DNA of 32,429 bases from a virus (taxonomy: Duplodnaviria; Caudoviricetes): IMG/VR virus record IMGVR_UViG_3300032239_000837, positions 1-32,429 of that record. One strand, written 5' to 3'. Shown one piece after another: positions 25,839-32,429 of the stretch (the stretch's first letter is position 1; each line of letters begins with the position of its first letter). Below the pieces are notes generated by a model. It was not told the DNA's origin, did no database searches, and was given only the letters and a program-made list of their open reading frames with translations. A program made the translations under genes and the position numbers.

Positions 25839-26759
25839 ATGAATCCAATCCTATCTAAGATCAAACGCGGCGGCGAGGTGCTGCCACCCAGAACCCTCCT
25901 CGTCGGTGCTGAAGGCATCGGCAAGTCCACCTTTGCGGCCGGTGCGCCTAACCCTCTGTTCATCTGCTCAGAACAGGGGTTGACCGGCCTCGAACACGTT
26001 GCGAGATTCACGCCGGAAAACTACGCGGCCCTGACTCAGTTTGTTGACCAACTGATCGCGGATCCGGCCGACTACCAGACCATCGTCATCGATACCATCG
26101 ACTGGATGGAGCAGTCTGTTTGCGAGCACATTTGCGAAAACAACGGAAAGAAAAGCATCTCTGCCTTTGATTTCGGGAAAGGCTACGCCATGGCTGAAGA
26201 GGAGGCGGGCCTGCTTACCAAGAAGCTCGACGTGCTGCGCGAGCGTCACAAGATCGGGATCATTTACCTCGCTCACGCGTGGATCAAAAACTTCAGCAAC
26301 CCTCAGGGCGACTCGTATGACCGTTGGGAGATGAAGGGGAACAAGAAGTTCACCGCCAAGTTCAAAGAGGCTGTGGACACTATTGCCTTCGCGACTCACG
26401 AAGTCTTCAAACAGGCAAACAGGGCTACACAAACCGAGCGAACGATGTTCGGAGGGCGCGTGATGTACACGCACGCGGCGGCCGCTTGGGAAGCCAAGAA
26501 CAGGTACAACCTGCCTGAGGTGATCGACCTTTCCTACGATGCCTACTTGAAGGCAATCGCGGAAAACCAAACTCCGGTGATCCGGAAGCGGTATCAAGAC
26601 CTGCTCCAAGATCCGAACCTTCCTGAGGACACTCGAATCAAAGCGCAGTCTTGGCCCCTTGACCAACAGTCGGCGGAGAACATCAGAATCGCCATCAAAC
26701 GGCTCGAAGTTAAAATCAAAGAAGCCATCGAATCCAAAGCCAAAACTCCCAAGAAATAA
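25839..26759 (+). CDS. Sak4-like (AAA_24) P-loop single-strand annealing protein/recombinase
   Basis: Walker A GAEGIGKS; IVIDTIDW; FGKGY; AKNRYNLP; lies between the exonuclease and the SSB-like gene. Confidence 0.85.
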   Translation: MNPILSKIKRGGEVLPPRTLLVGAEGIGKSTFAAGAPNPLFICSEQGLTGLEHVARFTPENYAALTQFVDQLIADPADYQTIVIDTIDWMEQSVCEHICENNGKKSISAFDFGKGYAMAEEEAGLLTKKLDVLRERHKIGIIYLAHAWIKNFSNPQGDSYDRWEMKGNKKFTAKFKEAVDTIAFATHEVFKQANRATQTERTMFGGRVMYTHAAAAWEAKNRYNLPEVIDLSYDAYLKAIAENQTPVIRKRYQDLLQDPNLPEDTRIKAQSWPLDQQSAENIRIAIKRLEVKIKEAIESKAKTPKK

Positions 26760-26764
26760 CTGAT

Positions 26765-27322
26765 ATGAATGAGATAACTGTGATGGGCACATATCCAGCC
26801 CTAATCGCCCCGCCAAGCCACGATTGCAAGCGTTTCCAGAAGCTGGGGAAGGAAGGCTACCCAGCCATCGTGCTGCGCTGCGTCAACATCAACAACGAGT
26901 ACCTCGACTACGTCGGCTGGCTCACCGGCGACAAGCTGGGAGGCACGCGCCGGACGCTGGAAGAGGTCTTTGGAGACGACGCTCTGGACAGGGCAATCGA
27001 AGGCGAGGATCCATTCACCGGCGGTCAGGTGGAGATTGTCACAGGCGAACGGAAGGGTGGCCTGCGAGTGAAGTTTCTGAACCGTTTTGGATCAGGCTCC
27101 GCATCGTCAGAAGAGATGACCGATTCTGAGGCGTTGGCATTCTTGAAACAGCTCAAGCTGGCTCCAAAGCCGGTGCGCGGCAACGAGGCCGGTGCGACCA
27201 GACGCCCAGCCAATACGGTTTACGCCACCGACCCAGTGGATCCGCACTATAACACGCAGAGCCCCGTGGCCCGCCGTCAGGCACCGCCTCAGGATCTAGA
27301 GGACGACGATATTCCGTTCTAG
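26765..27322 (+). CDS. ssDNA-binding protein (putative)
   Basis: Acidic SSB-type C-terminus EDDDIPF; follows the Sak4-like gene. Confidence 0.7.
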   Translation: MNEITVMGTYPALIAPPSHDCKRFQKLGKEGYPAIVLRCVNINNEYLDYVGWLTGDKLGGTRRTLEEVFGDDALDRAIEGEDPFTGGQVEIVTGERKGGLRVKFLNRFGSGSASSEEMTDSEALAFLKQLKLAPKPVRGNEAGATRRPANTVYATDPVDPHYNTQSPVARRQAPPQDLEDDDIPF

Positions 27323-27324
27323 CC

Positions 27325-27789
27325 ATGATCCGCTTTGTGCTTCCCGTCGATCCCCTGACGGTTCAGACCGGCGGGAAGCGCATCTGCGTGATTGCAGGGC
27401 GTCCTCGATTCTTCAAAACGAAGAAGGTTGAGAAGTGGGAGACGGCCGTCGGGCTGCTCTCCAACCCTCACCGACCGAGGACGCCTTTTGCTGGGCCGAT
27501 AAGGCTCACAGCAGTGTTTGTTTTGAAACGCCCGCAGTCTCTTGCGGGCAAAAAGCACCCTGACGGCCGCTTGTACTCGATCAAGCGGCCCGACGTGGAC
27601 AACCTCGTCAAAGGATTGCAGGACGCCCTGAAGGGGTTCTGGGAGGATGACAGTCAGGTCGTCGAAATGGCCCTGACGAAGGTTTACGCAGCAAAGGGGG
27701 AGGAGCCAAAAATCGAAATCACAATCGAATCCATAAATGAAAAACCCTACACGCAAGAAGACGCCAGAGGAGCTGGCGGAGTTAGTTGA
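27325..27789 (+). CDS. rusA: RusA family Holliday junction resolvase
   Basis: KRPDVDNLVKGLQDAL...WEDDSQVV signature. Confidence 0.92.
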   Translation: MIRFVLPVDPLTVQTGGKRICVIAGRPRFFKTKKVEKWETAVGLLSNPHRPRTPFAGPIRLTAVFVLKRPQSLAGKKHPDGRLYSIKRPDVDNLVKGLQDALKGFWEDDSQVVEMALTKVYAAKGEEPKIEITIESINEKPYTQEDARGAGGVS

Positions 27790-28104
27790 AGTCCGAGTTC
27801 TGAGGGCGAGGAAGCCACAAGAATGGGCGCAGGCGGTGCTGAACGTCCCCGTCGAGATCCGAGCGCAAATTGCCAGAATCGTCTGGTGGGATTTCTTTGC
27901 AGGGAGAGAGGTGGCAAACCGGTGGCCGCATCTGGATCAATATCTCAAGACGATGAGCATCGAACATCTTCGCTTTGCCACGCAGCAGGGCTTCTCTCGT
28001 GAAGAGCTGAACGATATCGAGTTTGGCCGCCAGCTTTCCAAACAGGAAATCTCAGACGGATTGCAGGCCGCAGGATACCCTAAGATGTACGCGGAGGCGA
28101 GGGC

Positions 28105-28108
<4 letters not shown>
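27737..28108 (+). CDS. Hypothetical protein, 123 aa
   Basis: Fills the gap between rusA and the initiator; ATGA coupling downstream. Confidence 0.6.
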
Positions 28109-28932
<824 letters not shown>

Positions 28933-29538
28933 CGACGCCGAGGTTGAAGCCTACAAGCGGAAGATCGAAGCTGAAGATCGGCGGGCACGCGGGCTGGATT
29001 ACGCTTCAATCGTCAGCAAAGCCTGTTTCCCGCTCCGGTACGCTAAAATGCACGAGCAGCCACGCGGAGAGGGCTGGATGGGGCTTTATGAGCGAATGCT
29101 GGCTCGTCTGGGGACAGGCATGATGGTGGCGTTCACCGGCCGGAGAGGAACCGGCAAGACGCAGATGGCCGCCCAGCTTGGACATTCAGCAGCAAAACGC
29201 GGGATGACCGTCCGGTACACGACCGCCATGAACTTCTTTCTGGAGGTGAAGGGATCGTGGGCAAATGGATCCAAGCTGACCGAGCTGGAAGTCATCCGGA
29301 ACTTTGCCAAGCCAGCCCTCCTGATCCTCGACGAGGTTCAGGAACGAGGTGAGACAGGCTGGGAAGACAGGCTCCTGACTAACGTCCTCGACCGCCGATA
29401 CGCCGACCTGAAGGACACAATAGTCTTAACCAATCAGGTTAAGGAAAAATTTGCCGAGGCCATTGGCGACTCGAACGCGAGCCGTATCTCAGAGATGGGA
29501 GGGATTGCAGAATTTAATTGGCCATCTTACAGAACACC

Positions 29539-29751
29539 ATGAACCGCAACACGAAACTACCGCTCCCAAGCCAGAAACAAGCTCACGCATACTTCCTGCA
29601 CGCAGTCGGGATGGATGTTCGGGAAATTGCTCAAGAGCTGGGGCTTGTGCCACAGCAGGTGCAAGCACTGCTGAACGTCGCAATCAAAAGGGCCGAAGCG
29701 TTTGGGCTCAAAATCATGCTCGAAAAGCCGAAAGAAGTTGTGGCAGCCTAA
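29539..29751 (+). CDS. Sigma-70 region 4/LuxR-like HTH protein
   Basis: GMDVREIAQELGLVPQQVQALLNVAIKR; ATGA overlap start. Confidence 0.7.
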   Translation: MNRNTKLPLPSQKQAHAYFLHAVGMDVREIAQELGLVPQQVQALLNVAIKRAEAFGLKIMLEKPKEVVAA

Positions 29752-29753
29752 CA

Positions 29754-29805
29754 AAGCCGCCGGTAACACGCTGCAAATGCGTCACTAACCGGCGGCTTCT
29801 TTTTT
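29754..29805 (+). terminator. Rho-independent terminator-like hairpin
   Basis: AAGCCGCCGGT / ACCGGCGGCTT 11-bp stem followed by CTTTTTT, immediately after the replication module. Confidence 0.75.
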
Positions 29806-29862
29806 CTGAAAATAGTTATTGAATGTGCTAGGTTGTAGCTTATAGTGGCTCTCGTCAGTCAC
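29806..29862 (+). promoter_or_regulatory. Putative early sigma70-type promoter, copy 1
   Basis: CTGAAAATAGTTA, TTGAAT-16 nt-TATAGT, then CGTCAGTCAC; flanking blocks shared with 30620-30677. Confidence 0.65.
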
Positions 29863-29874
29863 CCACATAATCCC

Positions 29875-30114
29875 ATGAAACCACAATTCCAGACCCTGAA
29901 ATACAACAGCCAAAACGCATGGTGCCATTTTCTGGCCGCCTGCCAGAACGAGACCCGCGAGTTCGCTTACGACGCCTTCCTGACGTGGTGGGCGTACTGG
30001 AACAAGCTCGCCGTCTACGTTCAGTCCAGCCGCCGCTCCGCGTTCGACAAAGCCCTGTACGCGCCCCTCAGTCGCGAAGCTGCCCAAGCCAAGTTCAACC
30101 AGTTCGCCAAGTAG
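29875..30114 (+). CDS. Hypothetical early protein, 79 aa
   Basis: ATG just downstream of the promoter; C-rich third codon positions. Confidence 0.65.
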   Translation: MKPQFQTLKYNSQNAWCHFLAACQNETREFAYDAFLTWWAYWNKLAVYVQSSRRSAFDKALYAPLSREAAQAKFNQFAK

Positions 30115-30116
30115 CC

Positions 30117-30269
30117 ATGAAATTCTCCCTGCTCACCTACCGCGTGGAATGCGACACAAAGGTCGGCCGTTCCGCCATCGTCAGAGCCGAATCCCACTAC
30201 GACGCGCTCGTCGCCGGTGCCAAGCTCTTCAACTGCAACATCAAAGATATCACAGCCTACCTCGCCTAA
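30117..30269 (+). CDS. Hypothetical early protein, 50 aa
   Basis: TAGCCATG junction; MKFSLLTYRVEC... Confidence 0.6.
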   Translation: MKFSLLTYRVECDTKVGRSAIVRAESHYDALVAGAKLFNCNIKDITAYLA

Positions 30270-30271
30270 TT

Positions 30272-30550
30272 ATGAACGACTACACTGTCACCAAGATTAA
30301 GAACGACGTGAACGGAAACCCCCGCCGCGTCATCCACTTCCTCGCGTTTGTGACGTCTGAAGATCGGGCCGAGCGCGGGGCACAAAAGCTCGTCAGCACA
30401 GGAAGCCTTTACGAGTTTGCGCTCCGGAAGGCTCGCAAGCTGGGCGGTCGGAAGTTCCACAACCGCCAATACGGCGGCGGGATAGTGTTCCAAGCGTACA
30501 GCGACAATGAGGTGTACGAGCTGGTCGCCAGAGCCAACAAAACAGCTTAA
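30272..30550 (+). CDS. Phage early protein with NDVNGNPR...GGGIVFQ motifs, 92 aa
   Basis: TAATTATG junction; motif pair I recall from small phage early proteins. Confidence 0.7.
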   Translation: MNDYTVTKIKNDVNGNPRRVIHFLAFVTSEDRAERGAQKLVSTGSLYEFALRKARKLGGRKFHNRQYGGGIVFQAYSDNEVYELVARANKTA

Positions 30551-30564
30551 ATCAAAAAAAGTTT

Positions 30565-30617
30565 ACAGGCCGGAAGTTGCTCAACAATGGGCACTTCCGG
30601 CCTGTTGTGTTTCTTTA
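30565..30617 (+). terminator. Long hairpin, probable terminator or processing site
   Basis: ACAGGCCGGAAGT (30565-30577) / ACTTCCGGCCTGT (30593-30605), T-rich tail, A-run upstream. Confidence 0.65.
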
Positions 30618-30619
30618 TC

Positions 30620-30677
30620 CTGAAAATAGTTACTGACGCCTGCGCTAGAATGTGGTTACATCCCCACCGTCAGTCAC
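30620..30677 (+). promoter_or_regulatory. Putative early promoter, copy 2
   Basis: CTGAAAATAGTTA-CTGACG...GCTAG...TTACAT...CGTCAGTCAC, matching copy 1. Confidence 0.6.
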
Positions 30678-30698
30678 AACCTCACACTAAAAAACACA

Positions 30699-31463
30699 AT
30701 GAAAGCTACACACTACGGAACCTGCCAAGTTTGCGAATCGACCCAGAAATCCGACGCACGCACCAACCGCCTCGCCGCTCATGGCTACACGCTCGCCTAC
30801 GGCTGGCAGGCTGGCACCTGCGAAGGCTCCGGCCAGTTGCCCCTCGAAGTCTCGAAAGGATACGCAGAAGCCTGCGTCGAGAGCTGCAAAGCCGCCGTCG
30901 CCGCGTTTGTCGCCACGCCCTGCCCTGAGCGCACTGAAGGCATCAGCCGCTGGGACAAGTGCCCCAAGATTGCCGCGTGGAAGCAGGATCAAGCCGCTCA
31001 CGCCGGTCGCAAGCAGTACATCACTTGGACGACCGCCCGCCTCGCGAATTGGGCTCCTCGCGAGCAGAAGACCGTTGAGGCCGTCGAAGCCGTCGAGCGT
31101 TCAGCCAAAGCAGCTCGCACCGGCATCCGCGCCCTGAGCGGTGCTGTGGCACTCGCCAAGCGTGACCTCGTGAAGTTCGGCGAGCGTTTCGAGGACGTTG
31201 TCGATGAAGCGGTCAACGGTGAGCTGTACGCTGACCGCCGCGCTTTCTGGGACGCCTGTGCAGCTAAAGGCGACCGCACGTCGGTTTGGAGCCGCCACGC
31301 TGAGATCGTGAACGTCCCTAGCTTCGCGACCAACCGCGTCGCCAAGCTGGCCAGTTTGGCCCGCTCTACCGGCAACACTGAGGTGATCGAAGGGGCGGTG
31401 AAGCTCGAAGCGTTGAGCGCGGCATACGAGGCCGCTAAGGCCGCCTACGAGGCTGCAAAGTAA
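30699..31463 (+). CDS. Hypothetical early protein with an N-terminal Zn-ribbon-like motif
   Basis: GTCQVC...HGY...CEGS; strongly G/C-biased third positions; A-rich initiation region. Confidence 0.8.
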   Translation: MKATHYGTCQVCESTQKSDARTNRLAAHGYTLAYGWQAGTCEGSGQLPLEVSKGYAEACVESCKAAVAAFVATPCPERTEGISRWDKCPKIAAWKQDQAAHAGRKQYITWTTARLANWAPREQKTVEAVEAVERSAKAARTGIRALSGAVALAKRDLVKFGERFEDVVDEAVNGELYADRRAFWDACAAKGDRTSVWSRHAEIVNVPSFATNRVAKLASLARSTGNTEVIEGAVKLEALSAAYEAAKAAYEAAK

Positions 31464-31493
31464 GCGGGAGGGTAGATACAGCGGAACAGGAAC

Positions 31494-31525
31494 AGGAGCC
31501 CTAGAAATGGGGCTCCTTTTTCTTT
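31494..31525 (+). terminator. Rho-independent terminator
   Basis: AGGAGCCCTA-GAAA-TGGGGCTCCT hairpin with a GNRA loop, followed by TTTTCTTT. Confidence 0.88.
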
Positions 31526-31604
31526 GCATCAATAAATCCGGACTCATGCAATTGACCGGCGGTTTGCTTCGTAAAAGGACGAGACCCCGCGCTTCAAAAG
31601 TGGA

Positions 31605-31736
31605 TTTACTCTGTAAAACCTGACGTCGGTACGATTAATAGGGAAGAGCCCTGCCTGCCAGTTGTGTACACTTCTGACCACTCGCCAATTCCGTTTACTC
31701 TGTAGAATTGGTTTTCTGTACGATTAATAGGGAAGA
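31605..31736 (+). repeat. Bipartite 43-nt direct repeat x2
   Basis: TTTACTCTGTA-N13-GTACGATTAATAGGGAAGA at 31605 and 31694. Confidence 0.85.
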
Positions 31737-31763
31737 AGGTCAGGGATCCCAAAGCACATTGAG

Positions 31764-31878
31764 CGGTTTGCTGCGTTCACGACGTCTACACCGTTCGGTT
31801 TGCTGCGTTCACGACGGCGAATGTCAGCGTTTTGCTGCGTTTGGTCAGCGTTTTGCTGCGTTTGGTCAGCGTTTTGCT
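31764..31878 (+). repeat. TTTGCTGCGTT-core direct repeats
   Basis: CGGTTTGCTGCGTTCACGACG at 31764 and 31796; GTCAGCGTTTTGCTGCGTTTG at 31823 and 31844, with a partial copy at 31865. Confidence 0.9.
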
Positions 31879-31970
31879 TGTTCCTGTCAGCAAAATGCCT
31901 GCGCCGGTCAGAAAGTGGGGAACAGAAATCTACCCCACCTTTTTAGGGGGGCGAATTAGGAGAGGCGATT

Positions 31971-32025
31971 GATGACACAGTAACTCAGTAACTCAGTTAT
32001 TCAGTTACCCAGTGACACAGGTACT
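31971..32025 (+). repeat. Degenerate 8-nt tandem repeat (AGTAACTC-like), about 7 units
   Basis: GATGACAC AGTAACTC AGTAACTC AGTTATTC AGTTACCC AGTGACAC AGGTACT. Confidence 0.8.
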
Positions 32026-32145
32026 AAAAATCACCAAGTCGGCCGGTCGTTAAACAACCGGCTTTCAGTGTTTTGCGTACTATGACAAACTTTATATGGA
32101 AAAAGGTATCGACACAAAGCAGCACAATCGCGTACTTTCGGATCC

Positions 32146-32421
32146 ATGACAACCAACCCCAACTCCCGCGCCGTCCGCGCCTCCGCCATCAACGCCAACC
32201 GCGCTGCGAACTTCGCCGCCAACGTCATCGCCCGCTGGAACGACGACGACCAGCGCAACCGCTGGGTGCCAGCCTGTGGCGGTACTGAGGAAGTCTTCAC
32301 CGCTCGCGGCATCCGCTGGCTGTACTGCTACAACGCCTATTTGGGCCTGCACCGCTACCTGAACGTCGATACCGACCGGATCGTCGAGGACGACGAGTAC
32401 GCGGCCATCGTCGGCCTGTAA
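32146..32421 (+). CDS. Phage hypothetical protein with a WxPAxGGxE...RWLY motif, 91 aa
   Basis: Strong codon bias like the other early genes; possible TCGACA-18-TACTTT promoter ending 7 nt before the ATG. Confidence 0.75.
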   Translation: MTTNPNSRAVRASAINANRAANFAANVIARWNDDDQRNRWVPACGGTEEVFTARGIRWLYCYNAYLGLHRYLNVDTDRIVEDDEYAAIVGL

Positions 32422-32429
32422 TCCTACAG

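Noticed and set aside
987-26816. Long minus-strand ORFs (e.g. 987-1568, 11267-12124, 15586-16380, 25968-26816)
   Set aside because: They are antisense shadows of well-supported + strand genes and have no recognisable motifs.
31629-31736. T7-like RNA polymerase promoters (TACGA...ATAGGGA)
   Set aside because: The resemblance is partial, the CTCACT specificity region is missing, and no single-subunit RNA polymerase is in the window.
31764-31878. CRISPR array
   Set aside because: Units are 21 nt and either abut or are separated by only 11 nt; there are no unique spacers and no cas operon.
31708-31959. 83-aa ORF with QRFAAFG repeats
   Set aside because: It has a TTG start after a terminator and is simply a translation of the DNA repeats.

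Overview
The window is a fragment of a tailed dsDNA bacteriophage genome. All credible genes lie on the + strand and are tightly packed, mostly at stop/start junctions such as TAATATG, TAGCCATG or ATGA with no Shine-Dalgarno. Gene order is podovirus-like. It opens with a 5'-truncated adaptor-like protein carrying long tail-appendage repeats, a tail nozzle/stabilisation protein, a small Cys protein and a GNAT-like protein. Five MG-starting putative internal-virion proteins follow, four of which share a C-terminal F-x-x-P...(F/L)GG-X motif. Next come an 868-aa ejection-type protein and a 2470-aa polyvalent protein with zincin, SAM-lyase-like, HDxxxH and HhH-glycosylase-like motifs. After these are a divergent PurD-like ATP-grasp ligase and a HExxE/Erv1-Alr-like fusion. 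A recombination/replication module follows: circularly permuted PD-(D/E)XK Fe-S nuclease, Sak4-like ATPase, SSB-like protein, RusA, DUF1376-type initiator with internal iterons, DnaC-like loader and an HTH protein. The window ends with early-gene cassettes behind a repeated promoter and a repeat-rich non-coding stretch. The best candidate for an undescribed system is post-translational processing of virion proteins: the Gly-start/GG-end paralog array together with the ATP-grasp ligase, metallopeptidase, GNAT and Erv-type oxidase. All family assignments come from reading motifs by eye; no database search was run.
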